The position numbers were made by a program, and so were the translations under genes. Positions 17,800 through 26,546 of a stretch of DNA of 64,000 nucleotides are shown here, one piece after another. A model generated the notes under the pieces. The model had not been told where the DNA came from. It searched no databases and saw only the letters and a list, made by a program, of their open reading frames with translations. Within the stretch, counting starts at the first letter, position 1; each line of letters begins with the position of its first letter. The stretch lies in contig CAWELX010000007.1 of the NCBI GenBank assembly GCA_963810065.1, positions 1,467,534 to 1,531,533 on the forward strand, read 5' to 3'. This DNA comes from an uncultured Chloroflexia bacterium (lineage in GTDB: Bacteria > Chloroflexota > Limnocylindria > Limnocylindrales > CSP1-4).

Positions 17800-18888
17800 G
17801 TGAGCACCGACATCGAGCAGCCCGCCGTGCGCGGGCCGAAGACGCAGTGGCGTCTCGACGCCGACACCGGGAGCCTCGTGCCCCGCTCGGCGCTGGACGT
17901 CCTTGTCAACCTCAACGACCGGATCACCTCGGGCGACCTCGCCGACTACCAGCCCATTCCGCTGGGCTTCACCCCGCTCGACAAGACGATCGGCGGGGGA
18001 CTCCGACCGGGCGAGCTCTTCCTCATCGGCGGCGCCCAGGGCACCGGCAAGACGACGATGGCCCTGCAGATGGCGCGCAACATCGCCTCCGGCGGCCAGG
18101 CCAACGTCCTGTACATCTGCTTCGAGCACGAGGAGCACTACCTCCTCAACCGGCTGATCGCCATGGAGTCCGCCCTCGCGCACCTGCCGCACAAGACGGG
18201 CGCCATCAAGATCCAGGACGTCCGGAGCGAGATCCTGGGATCCTGGGTGGCCGAGGGCCAGGGTGGGTCGGGCCCGCAGCTTGCCGCCAACCCGCGCCTG
18301 CGGCCGAGCCTGGACCGGATCGGGCGCTACGGCCAGAACCTGTTCCTGATGCGGGGCACCCAGACGGCGAGCACGGTCGACAACATCCGGCGCCTGGTGC
18401 AGATGCACAAGGACCTCTCGGGCGGCCGTCAGCTGATGGTCTTCGTCGACTATCTCCAGAAGGTGCCGCTGATCCCGGAGCCCAGCAGCGAGTCCGAGAA
18501 GGTGACCATCGTGGTCAACGGCCTCAAGGACATCGCGCTGGCCGAACAGGTGGGCATGGTCGCGATCGTGGCGGCGGACAAGGAAGGCCTCAAGGCGGCC
18601 CGCCTCCGCAACCACCACCTGCGCGGCTCGTCGGCCATCAACTACGAGGCCGACATCATCCTGATCCTCAACGAGAAGTACCACATCGTCGCCAAGGTCA
18701 ACATCGAGTTCAACCCGTACCAGGCTCAGCGATTCCGCGACTGGGCCGTGGCCTCGGTGGAGAAGAACCGCGGTGGCCAGGACAACGTTGACCTCGAGTA
18801 CGAGAAGCACTTCGAATTCTCCTGTTTCGATCCCAACGGCCGGACCGTGCAGGAGAAGCTGATCGAGGAGCGTCTCTACAACGACTGA
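17800..18888 (+). CDS. DnaB-family helicase C-terminal (RecA-like) domain protein lacking the DnaB N-terminal domain
   Basis: 362 aa with Walker A LIGGAQGTGKTTMALQMA, Walker B-like LMVFVDYLQKV and the DnaB-like segment LRGSSAINYEADIILILN. Only about 60 residues precede the ATPase core. Confidence 0.75.
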   Translation: MSTDIEQPAVRGPKTQWRLDADTGSLVPRSALDVLVNLNDRITSGDLADYQPIPLGFTPLDKTIGGGLRPGELFLIGGAQGTGKTTMALQMARNIASGGQANVLYICFEHEEHYLLNRLIAMESALAHLPHKTGAIKIQDVRSEILGSWVAEGQGGSGPQLAANPRLRPSLDRIGRYGQNLFLMRGTQTASTVDNIRRLVQMHKDLSGGRQLMVFVDYLQKVPLIPEPSSESEKVTIVVNGLKDIALAEQVGMVAIVAADKEGLKAARLRNHHLRGSSAINYEADIILILNEKYHIVAKVNIEFNPYQAQRFRDWAVASVEKNRGGQDNVDLEYEKHFEFSCFDPNGRTVQEKLIEERLYND

Positions 18889-18900
18889 CGCCGCGCCGCT

Positions 18901-19310
18901 GATGCGGCGCCCGCGGGCGTTGTCGCGTCCGCTCCTCGCTCACGCACCTTCGGGTGCGCTCGCTGCGGGTGCTCGCGCTCCGCCTGCGCGGCCGCGCCGC
19001 CTGAGCGGCGCGGCGGGCCCGGCGGCGGATGCGGCGGCATCGCGGCGTTGTCGCCTGCGTGTCCTCGCTCACGCACCTCGGGTGCGCTCGCTGCGGTCGC
19101 CACCCGAGCCGCCGGGAGCTGGTGCGGCGGCATCGCCGCGTTGTCGCGCGGTTGTGCCGCCGGGAGCTGATGCGGCGGCATCGCCGCGTTGTCGCCTGCG
19201 TGTCCTCGCTCACGCACCTTCCGGTGCGCTTGCTCCCGTGCTCCGCTCCGCCCTCGCGGCCGCGCGCCTGGGCGGCCGCGGCCGGCCCGTGCGGCCGATG
19301 CGGCGCGCGC
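18901..19310. repeat. complex direct-repeat array (three units of about 70 nt plus partial units)
   Basis: (g/a)tgcggcg(g/c)c occurs at 18901, 19028, 19121, 19168 and 19297. The longer unit gatgcggcggcatcgc(g/c)gcgttgtcgcctgcgtgtcctcgctcacgcacct occurs at 19028 and 19168, with a diverged copy at 18901. Each long unit contains the small hairpins gatgc-ggcg-gcatc and cgcacc-ttcg-ggtgcg. Confidence 0.85.
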
Positions 19311-19317
19311 GTGCCCG

Positions 19318-20313
19318 TCACTCCAGGTTGGAGAAGAAGGCCAGGTACTCGTTCCGGCAGATCCAGCCGCTGCAGTTCGGGTCTGCGACCGAGTAGCCCA
19401 TCTCGAAGGCCGCCTTCGCGGCCTTCCAGTAGTCGTCCGTCCCGGTCACGCGGTACGCGCGCCATGCGCCGGCTGCCAGGCTCTGGCAGTTGCCTAGCTG
19501 CTCCCCGAGCCCGTTGGTGCCGCCGCCGTGGGACCGGGAGCATCCCGCGAGGGCGTTGATGAAGGAGGTGCCCGAGAACGTCCCGCCGATAGGGATGTAC
19601 TCCGGTGTGAACCTGCCGGCTCCCGAGGCGATCGCGGCACGATAGGCTTTCGCGAGTGCCATCGTGCTCGGCTTCTGGTGGGGCTTCCCAAGCAGCTTCG
19701 CGATCGGCTTGAGCCCTGTCGGGCTGGCCGTGGCGGCGGGACTCCCCGCGCCGAAGGCGCCGGTGAGCGCGCTGTCGAGGTATGTCCTGGCGTCCGGCCC
19801 GACGGTGTCGACCGTGTACCCGTAGGCCGACGCGGCGGTAGCGAACGCTTCGTCGAGCGACGCCTGCCCTGAGTAGCCGTTGGTGGCCATCTCCCGGTAG
19901 GTCGACCAGAGGGCCGCGATCGCCCCGAGGCAGAATGCCTGGCGCGCGACGTGCGCCTCGCTCGCCGGCTGCTTCTTGTCGGGTCGCTCGGCAGCGCAGA
20001 GGTTCAGCGCCAAGGCGAGCGGGGATGAGTTGAAGTCGGGCCTCTTCGCCCCCGGAGCGATCGAGAGGAGGTCGTCTCTCGTCGTTTCGACTGGACTGCT
20101 GCCGATGAGATCGGCGATCGACTGGACGACCAGGCCCGGCGACGCGGTGGGCTCCAGTGTCGGCGGGAGGTTCGAAGAGGCGGACGGCGGATCCGTGGGC
20201 GCGCCGCCCTGCGCCGGCGAAGCGGTCGACCCGGATGACGATCCGCACGCCGCGAGCAACGACCCGGCGAGCGTGAACGTGACGAACCTGCCGAGCAACG
20301 GAGACACGCGCAC
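19318..20313 (-). CDS. hypothetical lipoprotein
   Basis: The GTG start (complement of 20311-20313) is preceded by GGAGGG. The signal peptide with lipobox is VRVSPLLGRFVTFTLAGSLLAAC, followed by a Ser/Pro-rich linker and a Cys-containing C-terminal domain. No family was recognised. The gene looks slightly less GC-rich than its neighbours. Confidence 0.65.
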   Translation of the reverse strand: MRVSPLLGRFVTFTLAGSLLAACGSSSGSTASPAQGGAPTDPPSASSNLPPTLEPTASPGLVVQSIADLIGSSPVETTRDDLLSIAPGAKRPDFNSSPLALALNLCAAERPDKKQPASEAHVARQAFCLGAIAALWSTYREMATNGYSGQASLDEAFATAASAYGYTVDTVGPDARTYLDSALTGAFGAGSPAATASPTGLKPIAKLLGKPHQKPSTMALAKAYRAAIASGAGRFTPEYIPIGGTFSGTSFINALAGCSRSHGGGTNGLGEQLGNCQSLAAGAWRAYRVTGTDDYWKAAKAAFEMGYSVADPNCSGWICRNEYLAFFSNLE

Positions 20314-20566
20314 GAAGCCCTCCTCTCGTAGCAGGACGCGTCTTCGAATGATGCACCTCCCGGCGCCGCGCGAGGCGCTGGTCATTGCAGCAGACCACAT
20401 CGACCCAGATTCGCCGTGGCCGGCGAGCTCGTGGGCTGTGCGTGGCGGTCTTCGGAAGGCCTGTGTATCGGGACCGTGTGGGCCGCTCCGGATGCCGGCC
20501 GTTCAGGCCGGGCCTGCCCGACCCTGCCCGCCGGCAACGGGCTTCACCGGCCCGCGCCGCGTGCCG

Positions 20567-20572
20567 TATGGT
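20567..20572 (+). promoter_or_regulatory. -10-like hexamer TATGGT 6 nt upstream of the ppa ATG
   Basis: TATGGT (20567-20572), a 6-nt spacer, ATG 20579, and no SD motif. Confidence 0.35.
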
Positions 20573-20578
20573 TCGCGC

Positions 20579-21103
20579 ATGACCGCTGAACTCGAGGCCG
20601 CCTTCCCCGACGTCGTCGAGATCGTCGTGGAGATCCCCCGCGGCAGCCGCAACAAGTACGAGTTCGACGAGGAGGCCGGCGTCTTCCGGCTCAACCGGGT
20701 CCTGTCGTCGGCCGTCTTCTACAACTTCGACTACGGCTTCATCGAGGGCACGCGCGCCGATGACGGCGACCACACCGACGCCCTGCTGGTGATCGACGAG
20801 CCCACCTTCACGGGGTGCCACGTCTGGGCGCGCCCGATCGGCGGCCTCGAGATGCGCGACGAGATGGGCTTCGACTTCAAGACCCTGTGCGTCGCGATCG
20901 GGGACCCGCACCAGGCCCACATCGAGCGACTCGAACAGGTGCGACCGCATCGGCTCGTGGAGATCGAGCACTTCTTCGAGACCTACAAGCTGCTGGAGAA
21001 CAAGGCCACCGAGGTCGTCGGCTGGCGCGAGCGGGACCGGGCGCACGAAGTCCTGCGCGCCGATCGCCAGGCCTGGATCCGGGAGCGGGCCGACGGGCGC
21101 TGA
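20579..21103 (+). CDS. ppa: inorganic pyrophosphatase (family I)
   Basis: 174 aa with IVVEIPRGSRNKYEFD, NFDYGFI, DGDHTDALLV and an overall family I PPase pattern. Confidence 0.9.
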   Translation: MTAELEAAFPDVVEIVVEIPRGSRNKYEFDEEAGVFRLNRVLSSAVFYNFDYGFIEGTRADDGDHTDALLVIDEPTFTGCHVWARPIGGLEMRDEMGFDFKTLCVAIGDPHQAHIERLEQVRPHRLVEIEHFFETYKLLENKATEVVGWRERDRAHEVLRADRQAWIRERADGR

Positions 21104-21149
21104 GCGCCGGATCGACTGGCGCCGCTCGTTCGAGCTCCGGCCGGGCGAG

Positions 21150-21797
21150 ATCAGGATCTTCGTCGCCGTCCCCGTCGCGGACGCCGCGCGCGACGCCGTC
21201 CTGGCCCTCCTGGAGCGCGTCGCGGCCGATCCGGTGACGCGGGACGCAGGTCGGCTCCGCTGGGCGGTCACCGACCACCTGCACCTGACCGTGCGTTTCG
21301 TTGGCGCCACGCCGGAGGGGCGCGTGGCCGACGTCGTGGCCGCAGCCGAGGCGGCCGCGCGAGACGTGGCCCCGTTCCCGGTCCGGCTCGCCGGTGCCGG
21401 CGCCTTCCCGTCGGCGGCGCGGCCGCGCGTCGTGTGGTTGGGGCTCGCCGAGGGGAGTCCCGAGCTGGAGCTGCTGGCCGCCGGGTTGGGCCGCGAGCTG
21501 GCCGCGCGCGGCTGGCCGGAGGACGAGCGACCGTTCCGCGGCCACCTGACGCTGGCCCGGGCGGACGGCGTGCCGGGCGCCCAGCGTGTCGTCGAGGTCC
21601 TGGCCGCCGCGGCGGCCACGCTGGAGGCGGGGTGGTCCGTGGACCGGCTGGTCGTCTACCAGAGCCTGGCGGGTGGCGGCCAGACCCGCTACCGACCCCT
21701 GGCGAACGCGATGCTCGACGGCGAGAGCGCCATGCCCGGCCCCGCGAGCGCAACGCCCGGCCGCGAGAGCCCAACGCTCGAGGAGCCGCTGCGGTAG
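21150..21797 (+). CDS. thpR: RNA 2',3'-cyclic phosphodiesterase / 2'-5' RNA ligase family (ThpR/LigT); start codon unresolved
   Basis: Two H-x-T-x motifs are present ([17 protein letters not shown]). The conserved N-terminus (I)[16 protein letters not shown] lies upstream of the first canonical start (GTG 21234). The codon where Met is expected is ATC at 21150. Confidence 0.7.
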   Translation: MRIFVAVPVADAARDAVLALLERVAADPVTRDAGRLRWAVTDHLHLTVRFVGATPEGRVADVVAAAEAAARDVAPFPVRLAGAGAFPSAARPRVVWLGLAEGSPELELLAAGLGRELAARGWPEDERPFRGHLTLARADGVPGAQRVVEVLAAAAATLEAGWSVDRLVVYQSLAGGGQTRYRPLANAMLDGESAMPGPASATPGRESPTLEEPLR

Positions 21798-21873
21798 CCT
21801 CCGCTTCCGTGACGGCGCTCGCCTCGATCGAGCGCCGGGCACTCCGCGACCCAGGACACCCAGGAGGCGACCA

Positions 21874-23238
21874 GTGGCGACCGACCGGACGAAGTACGTG
21901 CTCGATGAGGACCGCATCCCGCGGGCCTGGTACAACATCGTCGCCGACCTCCCGGTCCCGCCGGCGGCGGTCCTCCACCCGGGCACCGGCAAGCCGATCG
22001 GTCCTGCCGACCTGGCGCCCCTCTTCCCGATGGCCATCATCGCCCAGGAGGTGAGCGCGGAACGGGAGATCGAGATCCCGGGGCCCGTTCGCGACGCCTA
22101 CCGTCTCTACCGGCCGTCCCCGCTCTACCGCGCCCATCGCCTCGAGAAGGCCCTCGGGACGCCTGCCCACATCTACTACAAGTACGAGGGCGTGAGCCCC
22201 GGCGGCAGCCACAAGCCCAACACCGCGATCGCCCAGGCCTTCTACAACAAGGAGGAGGGCGTGAAGCGGCTGGCGACCGAGACCGGGGCCGGCCAGTGGG
22301 GAACCAGCCTCGCCATCGCGGGGGCCCTCTTCGGCCTCGAGGTCAAGGTCTACATGGTGCGGGCCAGCTACGACCAGAAGCCGTATCGCCGGATGCTCAT
22401 GGAGACGTACGGCGCCGAGGTCGTGGCCAGCCCCAGCCCCACGACCGGCTACGGCCGGATGCTGCTGGAGGAGCATCCGGACAACCCCGGATCGCTGGGC
22501 ATCGCGATCAGCGAGGCGGTCGAGGATGCCGCGACCCGCGACGACACGCGGTACTCCCTTGGCTCCGTGCTGAACCACGTGCTCCTGCACCAGACCGTCG
22601 TCGGCCTCGAGGCCATGGAGCAGTTCGAGCTCGCGGGCGAGGAGCCGGACATCCTGATCGCCTGCACGGGCGGCGGCTCCAACTTCGGCGGCTTCACGTT
22701 CCCGTTCGTGGGCCGGAAGCTGCGCGGCGGAGCGGACGTCCGCGTGATCGCGGCCGAGCCCGAGGCCGCGCCGTCGCTGTCGCGCGGCGTCTACGCCTAC
22801 GACTTCGGGGACACCGCGAAGCTCACGCCAATGGTCAAGATGTACACGCTCGGTCACGACTTCATGCCCGAGTCGATCCACGCCGGCGGACTGCGCTACC
22901 ACGGGATGGCGCCCCTCGTGAGCCTCCTCAAGGACCAGGGCCTGATCGAGGCGCGGGCCGTGCACCAGAACGCGAGCTTCGCCGCCGGCGTGCAGTTCGC
23001 GCGGACCGAGGGCATCCTTCCCGCCCCGGAATCGTGCCATGCGATCCACGTGGCGATCGAGGAGGCGCGCCGGGCGAAGGCGGAGGGCGTCGCCAGGGTG
23101 ATCGCGTTCAACCTGTCCGGCCACGGGCACTTCGACCTGTCGGCCTACGAGAAGTACCTGTCCGGTTCCCTGGAGGATTTCGAGTACCCCGCGGAAGCCG
23201 TGGCGGCGGCACTGACCCACCTGCCCGTCGTGGAGTGA
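21874..23238 (+). CDS. trpB: TrpB2-type tryptophan synthase beta-like PLP enzyme
   Basis: GTG 21874 is preceded by AGGAGG (21862-21867). Motifs are [26 protein letters not shown] (PLP lysine), ETGAGQWG and a GGGSNFGG loop. The long N-terminal extension is typical of the TrpB2 group. No trpA is adjacent. Confidence 0.85.
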   Translation: MATDRTKYVLDEDRIPRAWYNIVADLPVPPAAVLHPGTGKPIGPADLAPLFPMAIIAQEVSAEREIEIPGPVRDAYRLYRPSPLYRAHRLEKALGTPAHIYYKYEGVSPGGSHKPNTAIAQAFYNKEEGVKRLATETGAGQWGTSLAIAGALFGLEVKVYMVRASYDQKPYRRMLMETYGAEVVASPSPTTGYGRMLLEEHPDNPGSLGIAISEAVEDAATRDDTRYSLGSVLNHVLLHQTVVGLEAMEQFELAGEEPDILIACTGGGSNFGGFTFPFVGRKLRGGADVRVIAAEPEAAPSLSRGVYAYDFGDTAKLTPMVKMYTLGHDFMPESIHAGGLRYHGMAPLVSLLKDQGLIEARAVHQNASFAAGVQFARTEGILPAPESCHAIHVAIEEARRAKAEGVARVIAFNLSGHGHFDLSAYEKYLSGSLEDFEYPAEAVAAALTHLPVVE

Positions 23239-23243
23239 TCGCG

Positions 23244-23266
23244 CGCCGCCGGGCAAGGGGGCGGCG
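23244..23266 (+). terminator. 7-bp GC hairpin after trpB2
   Basis: cgccgcc (23244-23250), a 9-nt loop, ggcggcg (23260-23266). It directly abuts the next -10-like box. Confidence 0.35.
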
Positions 23267-23272
23267 TAGGAT
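23267..23272 (+). promoter_or_regulatory. -10-like hexamer TAGGAT 6 nt upstream of ATG 23279
   Basis: TAGGAT, a 6-nt spacer, then ATG, with no SD motif. Confidence 0.4.
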
Positions 23273-23278
23273 TGGCGC

Positions 23279-23521
23279 ATGCCTCAACTCGCCTGCTGGG
23301 CCTGTGGCCGCCAGATCTACGCGACCTCGCCCCTGGAGTCGCTGTTCGTCGACGAGCGCCGCTGCCCGCGCTGCGGCGTGTTCATGAACGTGGAGCGCAG
23401 GGACGTCGAGCGGCGCGATCGGATCCGGCGCCAGAACCCGCCCGGCGATCCCGGCCCTCCGGCCGGGAACGACGAGCGCCGGGTTGCCGAGCGCCGGCTG
23501 GCGCGCCGTCGGGCGCGCTGA
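23279..23521 (+). CDS. hypothetical small zinc-ribbon protein with Arg/Glu-rich tail (80 aa)
   Basis: CWAC...(17 aa)...CPRC followed by NVERRDVERRDRIRRQ...ERRLARRRAR. It fills the gap between trpB2 and tyrA in the same orientation. Confidence 0.5.
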   Translation: MPQLACWACGRQIYATSPLESLFVDERRCPRCGVFMNVERRDVERRDRIRRQNPPGDPGPPAGNDERRVAERRLARRRAR

Positions 23522-23527
23522 CGCGAC

Positions 23528-24407
23528 GTGCGGGTCGCGCTCCTCGGCCTTGGCCTGATCGGCGGCTCACTGGCCCGGGCGGTCCACGGCGCGGGCTGGC
23601 ACGTGGCCGCCTGGACCCCGAACGGCGCCGGACCCCGGGCCGCCCTGGCGGCGGGCGCAGTCGACGTGGCCGCCCCATCGCTCGCCGAGGCGGTTGCCGG
23701 CGCCGACCTCGTCGTCCTGGCGGCGCCGCCGGGCTCCTGCCTTGACCTGCTGGACCTCCTCGCGGACGGAGGACGCAGCGGGTTGCCCGCCCGACGCGGT
23801 CGTCACCGACGTCGCGAGCACGAAGCTCCTCCTCGTGGAGCGAGCGGCGGCCCTCGGCGTCCGGTTCGTCGGCGGGCATCCCATGGCGGGGCGCGAGACG
23901 AGCGGCTTCGCGGCGTCCGAGGAGGGTCTCTTCCGGGGCCGCCCGTGGGTCGTCGTCCCGCCCGACGACGCCGATCCGGCCGCGGTGGACGCCGTCGAGG
24001 CGCTGGCCCGCGCCTGCGGGGCGCTGCCGGTCAGGATGTCGGCCGCGGATCACGACGCGGCGGTGGCCGCGATCAGCCACGCGCCGCTCGTCGTGGCAGC
24101 GGCGCTGGTCGAAGCCATGACCGGCGGCCCGGGCGAGGCCGCGGCGCCGGGCTGGGCGGCCGCGGCAGCGCTCGCGTCCAGCGGATGGGCCGGCGCGACG
24201 CGCCTCGCACGCGGCGATCCCGCCATGGGCGCGGGGATCGCGGCGACGAACGCGGGGCCGCTTGCCGCCCGTCTGCGGGACGTGCGCGACCGGCTCGACG
24301 AGTGGCTGGCGCTCCTGGAGGGGCCGGCTCCCGGGGGCCCCCCGGACGAGGCTGCGCTGCACGCTCGCTTCGCCGCGGCGCGGGCGCGGCTCCAGGAGGG
24401 CGAGTGA
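23528..24407 (+). pseudogene. tyrA: prephenate/arogenate dehydrogenase, frame broken at about 23786-23793
   Basis: The N-terminus VRVALLGLGLIGGSLA...DLVVLAAPP (23528 frame) continues in the +1 frame as PDAVVTDVASTK...FVGGHPMAG...ADHDAAVAAISHAP (ORF 23694-24407). The span is 3n+1. The break lies at a CCCGCCC run. Confidence 0.75.
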
Positions 24408-24991
24408 GCGAGGAGCAGGTCCTCGTCGTGCCGCGCGAGCGGATCATGGGGGCCCGCGGCTGGCGCGGGATGCTGGCGCCGGGCGCCGGCCCGTTCCTGG
24501 ACGTCATCGCCGCCGAAGGGAGCTTCCAGCCGCGCGCCGCGATGGAGCGCGACCCGCGCTTCAAGCAGGTCATCCCGTACCTGATCCTCCGCGACCGGGG
24601 ACGCTACTTCCTCATGCGCCGCAGCCGGGCAGGCGCCGACGAGCGGCTGCACGACCGCTTCTCGATCGGCGTGGGCGGCCACCTCAACCCCGGCGACGTC
24701 GACCTCACGGGGGGGCTGGCCCGCGAGTGGTCCGAGGAGCTCGTGGCCGACTTCATCCCGGAGTTCCGACTCCTGGGGATGCTCAACGACGACGAGACGG
24801 ACGTGGGGCGCGTGCACCTGGGTGTCGTCTACCTGGCGGAGGCCGCCGGCCGGCCCGTGGCCGTGCGCGAGACGGACAAGCTGGAAGGTCGCTTCGCGGC
24901 GCCCTCGGCGCTGCTCTCGGTCTACGACCGGATGGAGACCTGGAGCCAGCTGGTCTTCGACTTCGTGACCGGACGCGCAGCCGGGGCGCGC
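24404..24991 (+). CDS. NUDIX-family hydrolase (YmaB/COG4112-like); 3' end unresolved
   Basis: The GTG start overlaps the tyrA stop (GTGA at 24404-24407). Motifs are KQVIPYLILRD and the Nudix-box-like GGHLNPGD...LAREWSEELV. There is no in-frame stop before the NfeD start at 25145, so the end coordinate is an estimate from the expected domain length. Confidence 0.55.
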
Positions 24992-25144
24992 GGGCCTGCC
25001 GCCCGGCTCGGTGTAGGGCGCGGCCTGCCGCCGCGCTGGGGCCTCGGCGCGCCGTCCGGCCCGACGCAGGACGGCGCGCCGATTCTGACTCCCGGCACTG
25101 GTGGCGCGTGCCGCGGTGGGTGCGATACTGGAGACGGAGCAAGC

Positions 25145-26531
25145 ATGCTGCGACGTCTCGCGACCCTCGCCCGCCTCCTGCTGCTCGTGCCCCTCGGGCT
25201 CGGGACGCTGGGCCTCGCGCTGGGCGCGGTGGCCCCGGCGCGGGCCGCGGACGGCGCGCCGCAGGCGTGGGTGCTGCCCACGACCGGGGTGGTCGACAGC
25301 GTCATGGCGGGCTACCTGTCCGACAGCGTGGCCAAGGCGGCCCGCGAGGGCGCGGAGGTGGTCGTCGTCAAGCTCAACACGCCCGGCGGGAGCCTGGACG
25401 CGACGCAGTCGATCACCAGCACGTTCCTCGAGGCAGACGTGCCCGTCATCGTCTGGGTGGCGCCGGCGGGCGGCCGCGCGGCGAGCGCGGGGACGTTCAT
25501 CACGCTGGCGGCGCACCTGGCCTGGATGGCGCCCGGCACCAACATCGGCGCGGCCAGCCCCATCTCCAGCGACGGCCAGGACATCGGCGGGACCCTCGGC
25601 GAGAAGGTCAAGAACGATGCGATCGCCAACATCACCGCCATCGCCCAGGCCCGCGGGCGCCCGGTCGACTGGGCCGTCTCCACGGTGAAGGACGCGAAGA
25701 GCTACTCGGCCCAGGAGGCCGTCGCTGCCGGCGCCGTTGACGGCATTGCCGCGACGATCGAGGAGGTCCTCGCGCAGGCCGACGGCCGAGCGGTCACGCT
25801 GGCGGACGGCTCCACGGTGACGCTGGCCACGGCGGCCGCGATCCCCGTGGAGGTCCCGATCAATCCCCTGCAGGGGTTCCTGCACCTGCTGTCGGACCCC
25901 AACATCGCCTTCATCCTCTTCACGATCGGCTTCTACGGGCTCATCTTCGAGCTGCAGAACCCGAACTTCGTGACCGGGATCCTGGGCGCGATCTGCATCC
26001 TCCTGGCCTTCATCGGCTTCGGGAGCCTGCCGCTCAACGTGGCGGGCCTGCTCCTGATCGTCCTCGGCGTCGTCCTCCTGCTGCTGGAGACGCAGGTCAC
26101 GAGCCACGGGTTGCTGGCCATCGGGGCCGTCGTCTGCGTGGCGCTCGGCGCGGCCGCCCTGTACACGGAGCCCGGGACCCCCACCGCCCCCGACGTCAGC
26201 GTCGCCCTCCCGGTCCTCCTGACCGTGGTGGGCATGACGGCTGCCTTTGCGATCCTGCTCACGGTCGTCACCTACCGATCCCGGCACGCACCCCAGAGCC
26301 CCGTCCTCGTGGGGTCGCTCCAGATCGTCGGCCAGGACGGCAAGGTCGCCCGACCCATCGACCCGGTCGGCTCCGTCGCTCGCCGTGGGCGAGGAATGGA
26401 CCGCCCGGAGCGTCGACGGCCGTACGATCCCGCGGGGCATTCCCGTGCGCGTCGTTCGCGTCGACGGGCTCACCCTCTATGTCGAGCCGGCCGGCGCGGC
26501 GCCGGCGTCTTCGCCCACACTGTCCTCGTAG
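25145..26531 (+). pseudogene. NfeD-family membrane-bound ClpP-class serine protease, frame broken at about 26375-26385
   Basis: The gene has a signal/TM segment, a ClpP-like domain (VVVKLNTPGGSL...AASAGTFI), four or five TM helices, then LVGSLQIVGQDGKVARPIDPVGSV. The OB-fold C-terminus LAVGEEWTARS...VRVVRVDGLTLYVEP is in the +1 frame (ORF 26247-26531). The span is 3n+1. Confidence 0.75.
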
Positions 26532-26546
26532 GAATCGCAAGGGAGC

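Noticed and set aside
18876-19217. 113-aa minus-strand ORF with repeated VRERGHAGDNAAMPPH motif, and the overlapping + strand ORFs at 18902-19559
   Set aside because: The periodic peptide is simply the translation of the DNA repeat array. Several frames on both strands are equally open, and there is no start context. It is treated as non-coding repeat DNA.
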